From the IMG/VR virus record IMGVR_UViG_2778261641_000008: a DNA stretch of 28,322 nt. One strand, 5' to 3'. The number at the start of each line of letters is the position of its first letter. The first letter of the stretch is position 1. Below are positions 1-8,235 of the stretch, piece by piece. This stretch comes from a virus. Its lineage: Duplodnaviria > Heunggongvirae > Uroviricota > Caudoviricetes. Under the pieces are notes generated by a model. That model made no database searches. It was not told the origin of the DNA and saw nothing but the letters and a program-made list of their open reading frames with translations. Made by a program: the position numbers and the translations under genes.

Positions 1-992
1 CGAACCAGCCAGACCAGCATCAGGATAATCGCGACTAACAGTATCCACAGCGCGGGACGCGTTGCCATATTTTGCAACGTGTCCATCATCGGTGGAAAAG
101 GATTAAGCAGCGGTTGCATATCACGCGGATCAATCCCTTTAACCCGCCGTTGATAAAGCTGATTAAGAATATCCTCGGCCTGGGCAGAAGAAAGCGATGA
201 TTGCGCAGAAAGGCCATATTTTTGCTGGATATATGCCGATAACGCCGCCAGTTCACTGGCATCTAAAGGTTGTTTTAGCGCCATCTGTAGTGATTCCAGC
301 GTCGGCGTATTTTGCTGGCTTAACGTCTGGCGCGCCTGCAACCAGGTCACCAGATGGTTAAACAGTTTCGCTGGAATTAACTCGCCATCTTTCACCCCGG
401 AAAGTTCCAGCATCGATTGCCAGATCTGTTTGCTGGGTTCCCCCGTTGCCGCCGCAAGTTTGGTCACCAGCTGTTTTAGCGCATTGTGCTCCGCCGGTAA
501 TAAAGGACGGTCGGTCGCCTCGCGCTGCTGTGGTTGCGGAATAACCATCTTCCCTTCCTGCAACAGGGTGAGAATGGTTTTTAATTGCTCCGGTGAGAGC
601 TGATTCAGCGGCGTCTGACCAAAGTTATGACGGATATAATCCGTGACCGCCTGACGATTATTCCCCAGACGTAAATACTCCCCTAATTGCGCTAAAAGCT
701 GGCGGGCAGAATGGCTTTTTTGCGCGGCCAGCAGACGTTGCGCCAGATTATGCTCAGCGGCAGGGAAGTGACGCGAAAGCAGCGGTGAATCTCCCGACAG
801 ACCAATATCGTGCCTGATACCCGCCCACAGTTCTGCTCTTTGTTGTTGCGTCAGTGAGGTCACTTTCGTCATTAAGCTTTCCAGCGAAGTACGTTGCTGA
901 CTGGATAAAGGCTGATTGCCCGCGCCAGACGGCAGGTTATCTCCCTGACCTGGTGGTTGCCCAGGAGGAGGGCCGGAAATAGGTTGTATCAT
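1..992 (-). CDS. flk: Flk-like flagellar regulator with C-terminal membrane anchor; 3' end cut by window edge
   Basis: Minus-strand frame open from the window start to ATG at 992-990, with AAGGA about 8 nt upstream. Translation starts MIQPISGPPPGQPPGQ and ends in a hydrophobic anchor ALWILLVAIILMLVWLV. Recognised from memory, not searched. Confidence 0.55.
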   Translation of the reverse strand, partial: MIQPISGPPPGQPPGQGDNLPSGAGNQPLSSQQRTSLESLMTKVTSLTQQQRAELWAGIRHDIGLSGDSPLLSRHFPAAEHNLAQRLLAAQKSHSARQLLAQLGEYLRLGNNRQAVTDYIRHNFGQTPLNQLSPEQLKTILTLLQEGKMVIPQPQQREATDRPLLPAEHNALKQLVTKLAAATGEPSKQIWQSMLELSGVKDGELIPAKLFNHLVTWLQARQTLSQQNTPTLESLQMALKQPLDASELAALSAYIQQKYGLSAQSSLSSAQAEDILNQLYQRRVKGIDPRDMQPLLNPFPPMMDTLQNMATRPALWILLVAIILMLVWLV

Positions 993-1189
993 TACGTATC
1001 CTTATACCTGAAATCTTCGCAAGTATGCCTGGCCGCGAGATTATGGCACACTTGTCCGGTTAACTCTCGTCTCATACAGGTAACACAAACGTGAAAATCC
1101 TTGTTGATGAAAAAAATGATGATTTAATTTATTGATATAAAAGGATTTATATCAGCACGTGTCCACGTAGTGACCACATTTTCGAGTTA

Positions 1190-1231
1190 CAGATAACACA
1201 AAGCCCGTTTTCACGGGCTTTGTGTTATCTG
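1190..1231. repeat. Perfect inverted repeat, 18-bp arms with 6-nt loop (CAGATAACACAAAGCCCG ttttca CGGGCTTTGTGTTATCTG)
   Basis: Read directly from the sequence. It lies between the flk 5' region and the 3' end of the 1260-2153 gene. No U-tract on either side. Confidence 0.85.
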
Positions 1232-1259
1232 TGATTGTGGCTAAGCCACATGATTTATG

Positions 1260-2153
1260 CTATTTCCAGTTACAAGCAGCTTGAAGTGGTTTTAGCGCGT
1301 TTGACAGGCCGTTTAAATTGAAAGTTGCACTTACAGGACTCTCATTATAAGGAGTTATTTTTGTATACATTTTGTTTGAGTTGGCTAGTTTTCGGATGAA
1401 ATCAATGTCATTACCTTTATAAAAAACAGCCTTTGTATCTGTAGATACTAGCCAGTTTCGCTCAACTGCTTTCTGTTTATCAAGACGATAAAGCATGCTG
1501 GTTTGTTCAAGGCCTAAATATACATCCCAACTAAGAAATACTTCGGTTTTCTTTTCTCGGCAAGCTATAAACAGAGTGGGAGTAACCGCTTCTCCAAATG
1601 GAGTTCTGATATAATCATCACTTTCTAACGATAAAATTACATTTTTCGAATCATCAATTGGCGATGTAGTAATGGATGTGTGCCATTTTCCTACATCTGT
1701 GGCTTTCTCTAATTTTGATTCAGCTTGAACAGCTTTATCCTGTGGGAATAGTTTATCGTAGCAGTTTAGTCTGGCTTCTTTATCATTTTCTGCTCGGCAT
1801 TTAGATATCTCAGAAAGATTTGGTTGCTGAGCCTCTGTTGTTACTGGCTTTTCCGTTTTAGATTTTGAGTTTACAGATGGAGTAAATGTTGGAGAAAAAA
1901 AACGATCATAACAAGATAAACGTCTGTCATCATCTTTCTCATCAGGGCATTGATCTCTGCTTTCGAATTTTTCAGCAACTTTCGTTCGAGTCGGTTGTAT
2001 TGACTTATCGTAACAAGAAAGTCTGTCTTTATTATTTTCTATTGCTCGGCACTGGAGTACTGCATTGAAGTTATTATGTTCAGTTGCTGCGTGAACAGGC
2101 AGTACACTAATTGATATAAATGATGCACCTATAGAAAAAATTATATTTTTCAT
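1260..2153 (-). CDS. Secreted protein with signal peptide and three tandem Cys-containing repeats; unknown function
   Basis: 297-aa ORF. N-terminal signal-like segment MKNIIFSIGASFISISVLPVHA. Motif recurs three times: RLSCYDK, RLSCYDRFF, RLNCYDKLF. AT-rich relative to flanks; immediately downstream of the 2158-2490 gene. Confidence 0.6.
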   Translation of the reverse strand: MKNIIFSIGASFISISVLPVHAATEHNNFNAVLQCRAIENNKDRLSCYDKSIQPTRTKVAEKFESRDQCPDEKDDDRRLSCYDRFFSPTFTPSVNSKSKTEKPVTTEAQQPNLSEISKCRAENDKEARLNCYDKLFPQDKAVQAESKLEKATDVGKWHTSITTSPIDDSKNVILSLESDDYIRTPFGEAVTPTLFIACREKKTEVFLSWDVYLGLEQTSMLYRLDKQKAVERNWLVSTDTKAVFYKGNDIDFIRKLANSNKMYTKITPYNESPVSATFNLNGLSNALKPLQAACNWK

Positions 2154-2157
2154 TTTG

Positions 2158-2490
2158 TTATCCTTTTGGTTTAGTAAGAAATACTAAAATTCCGATAATG
2201 ATATCGCCAATAACCCATAAACTTCCAATGGTAATTAAACCTAAGCCTGTACCAATAACTGCACCGGCTTTTTCGGCATCGGATGTAGCATTATTTATTA
2301 TTTCACTAGTGCCTCCCAGTCCAACTAAAAGCGTATAGATCATAAAAATATTAAATAATATAAATATCCACTTAATGAGCTTTCCAAAAAATGAACGCTT
2401 AAGTTTTTTTATTTGTTTACCGCAAGCAGGGCAATACAATGCTGAATCGCTCACCTCTTTCTGGCATTCAGGACATTTGATTAATGCCAT
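2158..2490 (-). CDS. Small membrane protein with N-terminal zinc ribbon (CPEC-x13-CPAC) and two predicted TM helices
   Basis: 110-aa ORF with strong RBS AAGGAGG upstream of ATG at 2490. Hydrophobic segments IKWIFILFNIFMIYTLLVGL and LITIGSLWVIGDIIIGILVFL. AT-rich. Confidence 0.6.
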   Translation of the reverse strand: MALIKCPECQKEVSDSALYCPACGKQIKKLKRSFFGKLIKWIFILFNIFMIYTLLVGLGGTSEIINNATSDAEKAGAVIGTGLGLITIGSLWVIGDIIIGILVFLTKPKG

Positions 2491-2751
2491 GTAATCCGCC
2501 TCCTTTGGATCAATACGAGTTGATATTTGTTACAAAACATTTTGATTTTATCAGATTTTTTTTTATTGATAAGTGTCAATTGATTAGCTGGTATAGAGTG
2601 AGACATATAGAAGGGCAGATCTGTATCAGTAGTGATGCAAAAATCCCACAGTTTCATGGAATTTTTGCATTTAGAGCCGTGAGATAGGGTGCCTTATCGA
2701 CCTTACCCTGGCAACCGATTGACGGGGGATTACTCCCCCGTCGCGGTTTCC

Positions 2752-2892
2752 TTACTGCTTACACTGTAAGAACGCCGCAAACTCCGCTCCCCAGAAACTC
2801 ATCCGTATTTCGCACAGCGAACCGTGCAACATCCAGATGATGAGGATTACCGTCACGCAGAACGTGATGGCTGTAAGCGATTTTTGCGACAT
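2752..2892 (-). CDS. Hok/Gef family type I toxin (46 aa); absent from the ORF track because it is under 60 aa
   Basis: Hand translation of the minus strand gives MSQKSLTAITFCVTVILIIWMLHGSLCEIRMSFWGAEFAAFLQCKQ, stop TAA at 2754-2752. It has a TM helix followed by the SLCEIR...AAF signature I associate with Hok/Gef peptides. A 7-bp stem-loop at 2723-2740 (CGGGGGA ttac TCCCCCG) sits in the 3' region. Confidence 0.7.
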   Translation of the reverse strand: MSQKSLTAITFCVTVILIIWMLHGSLCEIRMSFWGAEFAAFLQCKQ

Positions 2893-3082
2893 AGCACTTG
2901 CTCCTTTTCCGGAGAGGCGCTAACCTTTCACTTGCTTAGGGTAGACGGTTAGGGCCTCGGTTAAACAAAAGTGTTTTCCGGGGCCTTTCCACATCTGGCC
3001 TTCGGGTATTCCCTCCGACCATCAGCCGAAAGGCACCCGCGCGTAATCTATCGCTTTTTTGTTACTCCGGCAATTCTGCTTG

Positions 3083-3343
3083 TTAATTCTGAGGTAAAGG
3101 CAAACTCATCTGATTGTTTCCCCTGTGTGAAGCTGGTAGCTCATGCCACGGGATACCTTCTGAAGAGTAAACGCCGGAGGCGTGTTTCGATGTGAATTTA
3201 TGGAAAGCTTCCAGTGTTGAGAAGCATACGCCGCATTCCAGATTGTTACACTGGTAATACTTTTGCCGCACGGTGTTTGAATCATTTTCCGGACGACTTG
3301 TGCGGATACGGGCAGATGCGCCACAAAGCGGACAACGGAACAT
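3083..3343 (-). CDS. ogr: Ogr/Delta-type zinc-finger late transcription activator
   Basis: Translation starts MFRCPLCGASARIRTSR...YYQCNNLECGVCFSTLE, the Cys4 pattern and N-terminus characteristic of P2 Ogr. Confidence 0.85.
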   Translation of the reverse strand: MFRCPLCGASARIRTSRPENDSNTVRQKYYQCNNLECGVCFSTLEAFHKFTSKHASGVYSSEGIPWHELPASHRGNNQMSLPLPQN

Positions 3344-3534
3344 AGCGACCTCCCTTAACGTGGTGTTGCCGCTATTCTAGATTGTACGATCCCTAATTCC
3401 AACTAACAGCTCGCTCTGTGCGAAGAGTGAAAATTGAACTTTCAATAGTTGTTGAACTTCCATACATCCAATGTGAAAATTCATACGTTCATAATAGTTA
3501 AAATTTAAAATATTGTATATCAGGTGAATAAAGC

Positions 3535-4557
3535 ATGGGAAGAGATATAACGCTGTACCCTAAAAAAGCAACTAGAAACGAACTTAAAAATTACCTTGAA
3601 AATTTAGGTTTTAAAAGGTGTAAACATTTGTGGGAATGGCCCCAAGGAACGTTGAATTACTCTTGGTTTGATGATACGGACTTCAAATCTACAGATGGAG
3701 TTTCGGCTGATATATATCCTGTTTCAAATGACGAATTACACATATCTGGTAATAAATGGGCATTGCATGTGCGTAATTTATATAGCGCTAGTTGGCATGA
3801 TGTAAAAATGCTTAATGATGTTCTAAAAGGCGCAAGGAGTCTTTTTGGTGGAACACTTATAGGTGATTATGGGAAAAATAGGTACGCTCCTCTATGGAAG
3901 GATTCTAGTAGTCCGATCAGTCGTGGCATTTCTTCAATATTTAATCATGTCCATCATGAGATTTCCGCTGTTAAACATGCCTTACCTGAACCTTCTATTA
4001 AATTAAACCTACCGGAAGATGGCGGTTTATCCGAATACTTTGATTACATGCAATGTATGGATCCCAGTAGAGTTATATATAATGGATTAGTACCTTTTGC
4101 GGTTGCTATGTTTGAATACTTTTTCTCTAGAGCTTTTCAAATACTTATAAAGTACGATCCTTTCGCAATAGCAAAAAGAACATCGTATAAGCAAAAAGTT
4201 GATTTTGACATTCTGCTTGAGATAGAGAAAGGAAATATTTCAATAGAAAGTGTTATTGCAAGAAATTACACTTTTCAAAACTTAACCCACCTAAACAAAG
4301 CATATAAAGAGTGGCTGGATATAGATGTGAGAGCGATTCTTTATAAGAAAAAAAGAATTGGAAAATCAGTTGATTTTCTTGAGAATCGAATTTCTGAAAT
4401 CATACAATATAGACATGGGATAGTTCATCACTTTGAGTTGGATAGGACCTTAAATCGGGATGGATATATTCATATATTAGATGCGATAGAAAAAAGCATA
4501 ATTGAATTTATCCATTACATAGAAGGCAAATACAAATTTAAATTAAATGCGTATTAA
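3535..4557 (+). CDS. Hypothetical AT-rich cargo protein (340 aa) with C-terminal RHGIVH (Rx4H, HEPN-like) motif; candidate abortive-infection or defence protein
   Basis: Single long ORF in a markedly AT-rich island. AGGTGA RBS 7-8 nt before ATG at 3535. Hairpin at 4586-4609 downstream. Not recognisable as any P2 core protein. Motif QYRHGIVHHF near the C-terminus. Confidence 0.6.
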   Translation: MGRDITLYPKKATRNELKNYLENLGFKRCKHLWEWPQGTLNYSWFDDTDFKSTDGVSADIYPVSNDELHISGNKWALHVRNLYSASWHDVKMLNDVLKGARSLFGGTLIGDYGKNRYAPLWKDSSSPISRGISSIFNHVHHEISAVKHALPEPSIKLNLPEDGGLSEYFDYMQCMDPSRVIYNGLVPFAVAMFEYFFSRAFQILIKYDPFAIAKRTSYKQKVDFDILLEIEKGNISIESVIARNYTFQNLTHLNKAYKEWLDIDVRAILYKKKRIGKSVDFLENRISEIIQYRHGIVHHFELDRTLNRDGYIHILDAIEKSIIEFIHYIEGKYKFKLNAY

Positions 4558-4585
4558 GCAATCAACCTTACATAGGGATGACAAA

Positions 4586-4609
4586 GTCCGCTTCTGACAC
4601 GGAGCGGAC
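4586..4609. terminator. Stem-loop between the convergent 3535-4557 gene and D (GTCCGCTTC...GGAGCGGAC)
   Basis: Imperfect 8-9 bp inverted repeat followed by a T-rich stretch; lies between two convergent stop codons. Confidence 0.4.
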
Positions 4610-4677
4610 CGTCGTTTATGTTTAATTCTATACTGTAAACTTGCCAGTTTAAGTTTGAGCTAATATGTCTAAGTTGC

Positions 4678-5787
4678 TCACTCTGTTTCTGCTATCCATT
4701 CCGGGATTTTTGCCTCAAGCTCAAGCTGTGTGGTAAAGCCGCTGTTATCAATGGTGTGCTCGGCTTTCGCAATAATCCAGTCCTGATTATCAATCTCGCT
4801 TTTAAATCCTGTTACCGTGCCATGCATTTCGGGGTAGAGTTCTGCACGTCCACGCACCAGCGTGATGGAAAATAATGCGGCTCCGCGTTGTAGCTGCTGC
4901 CACTTTGCCGCCGCTGCGCGTCTTGCTGCCTGCTCGTTCTGATAAGTCTTGCGTAACACAAACACATTGCCTTCCGCGCCTTCCATATAATCACCTTCAC
5001 GGCTGCTGCTTTTCTCCTTTTTGGGTTTTGGCGGTTTGCGGCGTTTCACGCTGACTTTTTTCTTTTTCCCGTAATTAAGATCAAGCCAGTAAGCGCGTAC
5101 CCCCGTATACGCCTCGCGGTCAGCAATGCGGAACTGATGGCGATCGCCGCTGCTGCGTGTGATGGCGAACGATGGCAACGGCTGGCCCTGTGCGTTCACG
5201 CCACCGCCGGGCATGATGAATAACAGATTACCGCTTTTTACCGTGGTGATTGCGCCCAGCATTTCCGCCATGCGCGTAAGGAAGGACATGTCGCTTTCTT
5301 CAGTCTGGTCGGCGTGGTCGATTTCGATATCCATCAGCATTTCGCTGATTTGCGGTTTCAGGCTGTACCGATGAGCGATGGCGGATACCACACGTTCAAC
5401 GGTCACATCATGCCAGGACGCCTCACGTTTAACATTAAATTCATCCCGAAAATCTGCGCTTCTGGCTGAAACAGTCAGCCTGTCCGGCGGTCCTTCGTGA
5501 GCGATTTCATCAACAATGTAAGTGCCTTTTTCTGTCAGCGGTTCCCCTTTCCAGCCAATGAGAACCGTCAGACGCGCGCCCCGTGGCGGTAGCTGCAACT
5601 GGCCATCGGCATCATCCAGCGTGATGGTGAGCTGGTCCGCCTCAAATCCCCGGTTGTCGGTCAGTGACAGGCTCATCAGGCGTTCTGCCACGCCGGACAG
5701 CGTTTTACCCTCGGCGAGAATATCAAAATCCGGCATTTTCACGGGGTCTGTGCCCTGACTGAGCAATTGCATGGTGGTGTCGGTCAT
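4678..5787 (-). CDS. D: P2 gpD-like tail protein (late control gene D family)
   Basis: ORF track frame 4678-5919. Preferred start is ATG at 5787, preceded by GGGAGGG 5 nt upstream. Protein reads MTDTTMQLLSQGTDPVKMPDFDILAEG, about 369 aa. Confidence 0.85.
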   Translation of the reverse strand: MTDTTMQLLSQGTDPVKMPDFDILAEGKTLSGVAERLMSLSLTDNRGFEADQLTITLDDADGQLQLPPRGARLTVLIGWKGEPLTEKGTYIVDEIAHEGPPDRLTVSARSADFRDEFNVKREASWHDVTVERVVSAIAHRYSLKPQISEMLMDIEIDHADQTEESDMSFLTRMAEMLGAITTVKSGNLLFIMPGGGVNAQGQPLPSFAITRSSGDRHQFRIADREAYTGVRAYWLDLNYGKKKKVSVKRRKPPKPKKEKSSSREGDYMEGAEGNVFVLRKTYQNEQAARRAAAAKWQQLQRGAALFSITLVRGRAELYPEMHGTVTGFKSEIDNQDWIIAKAEHTIDNSGFTTQLELEAKIPEWIAETE

Positions 5788-5944
5788 CTGTTCCCTCCCT
5801 GTGCGGCATGGTCGCATGTGCGTGCGGAGGGGGTTACTGCTTTTTGTTGTCGCCGTGGCGGGAGAATAGCGCAGGGGTGAGATTACGCGCGTGGTGGGTG
5901 ATGATTGTTGCTGAATCATTTAACGGATACAAGGGGCTGAAGCT

Positions 5945-7129
5945 ATGAGTGAAACTCGTTTTCATGGTGCCCGTGTTACGGAAAATACCGACCTGGTAAC
6001 AGCGATTAACGATGTTGATTCCAGCGTTATCGGTATCGTGGCAACGGCGGATGATGCGGACGCGAAGCTGTTCCCGCTGAACAAGCCCACATTGCTGACC
6101 CGCGTCAATGACGTGCTGGGAAAATGCGGAACAACGGGGACGCTTTATCGTGCGCTTAAGGCCATCGCAGACCAGGTGAGCACAAAGGTGATCGTCGTTC
6201 GCGTGGCTGAACACAAAGAAGAAGACGGAAAGACGCAGGATCAACTGGTTATCGGTGGTTCTGAGGATGACGGCAGCTATACGGGGATGTATGCGCTGCT
6301 TGTTGCAGAGCAGGATGAAAGCATCGGATACCGTCCGCGTATTCTGGCCGCGCCGGAGCTGGACACGGAGGCTGTAACAAAATCCCTGTGCGTGATTGCA
6401 GGTAAACTGCGCGCGTTTGTGTATGCCTCATGTCACGGCTGTAACACGATGGCTGAGGCGATTACCTATCGCCAGAAATTCAACGAACGTGAGGTGATGC
6501 TCTTATGGCCGGACTTCATCGCCTACAACCCGAAAAGTGGCAAAAACGAAACGTTCCCCGCGCCTGCCTATGCGTGCGGCCTTCGTGCGTACATTGACCA
6601 TGAGCAGGGGTGGCACAAATCACTGTCCAACGTTCCGGTTAAAAATGTGCTGGGGATGTCGAGGCATGTGTTCTGGTCGTTGCAGGCCGAAGACAGCGAT
6701 GCCAACAGCCTCAACAACAAAGAAATCACGACCATTATTCGTCGCAACGGGTTCCGCTTCTGGGGCAACCGCACACCGGAAACGAACGCCTACATCTTTG
6801 AGGTGTATACCCGAACCGCACAGGTGCTGGCTGATTCAATTGCGGAAGCGCAGTTTGAAACCATCGACAGTCCACTGACGCCTGCGAACGTGAAGGATGT
6901 TATCAGTGCCATCAGGGCAAAACTGGATTCGCTGGTTACTGCCGGGAAACTGATTGGCGCGGAGTGCTGGTATGACGTGGTGGATAACGGCACCACGGAT
7001 TTACGTCAGGGGCGTGTGCGTATTCGCTACAAATATACGCCCGTTCCGCCACTGGAAGACATGGAGCTTTACCAGACGTTTACTGATGAATTCTTTGGTC
7101 CCGCATTTGCGGTGCTGGGAGGTGCCTGA
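5945..7129 (+). CDS. FI: Contractile tail sheath protein (P2 FI)
   Basis: 394 aa; the FPLNKP...GTLY...AIADQ motifs resemble P2 FI. AAGGGG RBS. Stop overlaps the FII start (TGATG). Confidence 0.9.
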   Translation: MSETRFHGARVTENTDLVTAINDVDSSVIGIVATADDADAKLFPLNKPTLLTRVNDVLGKCGTTGTLYRALKAIADQVSTKVIVVRVAEHKEEDGKTQDQLVIGGSEDDGSYTGMYALLVAEQDESIGYRPRILAAPELDTEAVTKSLCVIAGKLRAFVYASCHGCNTMAEAITYRQKFNEREVMLLWPDFIAYNPKSGKNETFPAPAYACGLRAYIDHEQGWHKSLSNVPVKNVLGMSRHVFWSLQAEDSDANSLNNKEITTIIRRNGFRFWGNRTPETNAYIFEVYTRTAQVLADSIAEAQFETIDSPLTPANVKDVISAIRAKLDSLVTAGKLIGAECWYDVVDNGTTDLRQGRVRIRYKYTPVPPLEDMELYQTFTDEFFGPAFAVLGGA

Positions 7130-7641
7130 TGGCTGTACCAAAACATCTTCGCTTTTTTACGTTGTTTGTGGATGGTGAAAACGAAGTGGGTAAAGTGACA
7201 TCCGTCACGCCGCCCAAACTGACGCGCAAAACCGACAGCTATCGTGGTGGTGGCATGATGGGGGCGGTAAGTATTGATCTCGGTCTGGACGACTCCGCGC
7301 TTGATGCGAGTTTTGTTATGGGGGGCGCTGTTCGTGCGCTGTTCCTTAAATATGGCGGCACGATTGACGGCACGCTGCTGCGTTTTGCGGGTGAATACTA
7401 CACCGATGCAGAAAGCGATCTGTATGAAATCGAGATGCGCGGACGTGTGACGGAAATTGATATGGGGGAAGCCAAACAGGGCGAAGCCACATCACACACT
7501 TACGCTGTCAAAAACACCTACTACAAGCTGAGCGTTAACGATCGCCCGCTGTGGGAAATCGACCTGTTGAACCACATCTACCGGAAGGACGGCAAGGACA
7601 TTGTGCCTGACCGTATCCGTTCCGCGCTTGGGCTTGGCTGA
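7129..7641 (+). CDS. FII: Tail tube protein (P2 FII)
   Basis: 170 aa; SVTPPKLTRKTDSYRGGGM...RFAGEY...EIDMGEAKQGE matches my recollection of P2 FII. Confidence 0.9.
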   Translation: MAVPKHLRFFTLFVDGENEVGKVTSVTPPKLTRKTDSYRGGGMMGAVSIDLGLDDSALDASFVMGGAVRALFLKYGGTIDGTLLRFAGEYYTDAESDLYEIEMRGRVTEIDMGEAKQGEATSHTYAVKNTYYKLSVNDRPLWEIDLLNHIYRKDGKDIVPDRIRSALGLG

Positions 7642-7696
7642 TAAGTAATATGCAGGCGGCGCAGTGCGTCGCCTCTGACTGAAAAGGAGACAACTG

Positions 7697-8071
7697 ATGA
7701 AAGACATCGATACTGAAACCCGGAATAACACCGTGGCGGATGATGTGACGGCAGGTGAGGATATGGCTGTCGAACGTGGCGTAAAACTGACCCGACCAAT
7801 TGAGCGTGGTGGCGAAAAAATCACGTATGTGGAGATCACCGGGGCTATTGAGCAGGCTGGATCCCTGCGTGGTCTGTCGCTGTCTGATGTGCTGAATCTG
7901 AAAGCGGATACCATGTTCACGCTGTTGCCTCGCGTGACCTCGCCACGACTGGATGAAGTGATGATTAAAAAAATGTCGTCACGCGATTTTATTCAGTTGT
8001 GCGCTGTGGCTGTAAATTTTATGAGCGAGCCAGACTCTGGCGCGAAGAGCGTGCAGGAGACGGCAGCGTAA
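7697..8071 (+). CDS. E: Tail assembly chaperone (P2 E)
   Basis: 124-aa ORF between tail tube and tape measure, with an overlapping -1 frame ORF downstream. Confidence 0.75.
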   Translation: MKDIDTETRNNTVADDVTAGEDMAVERGVKLTRPIERGGEKITYVEITGAIEQAGSLRGLSLSDVLNLKADTMFTLLPRVTSPRLDEVMIKKMSSRDFIQLCAVAVNFMSEPDSGAKSVQETAA

Positions 8072-8235
8072 TCACCCTGGTGTGCTTTGAGCACATCGAA
8101 GATCTGGTGGCGGATATTGCCGCCATTTTTAACTGGTCGCCCGCCGAAATCTTCATGATGACGCCCGGCGAAGTGGTTAGCTGGCGCGAGCGGGCGGCAC
8201 TTCGCAGCGGGAATGCAGATAATGAAGACTCTTGA
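8017..8235 (+). CDS. E' extension reached by programmed -1 frameshift from E
   Basis: The -1 frame is open from 7969 to the stop at 8233-8235. An in-frame X_XXY_YYZ heptamer A_AAT_TTT lies at 8014-8020. The post-shift reading FYERARLWREE matches the track ORF 7999-8235. Confidence 0.55.
   Translation, partial: FYERARLWREERAGDGSVITLVCFEHIEDLVADIAAIFNWSPAEIFMMTPGEVVSWRERAALRSGNADNEDS

Noticed and set aside
2971-3343. ORFs 2971-3195 (+) and 3106-3324 (-) overlapping ogr and the hok leader
   Set aside because: Alternative frames of the same DNA; ogr (3083-3343) has the recognisable Cys4 product.
5788-5919. N-terminal 44-codon extension of D in the ORF track
   Set aside because: The downstream ATG at 5787 has a strong GGGAGGG RBS and the extension is rich in Ser/Thr/Pro/Arg; treated as 5' UTR.
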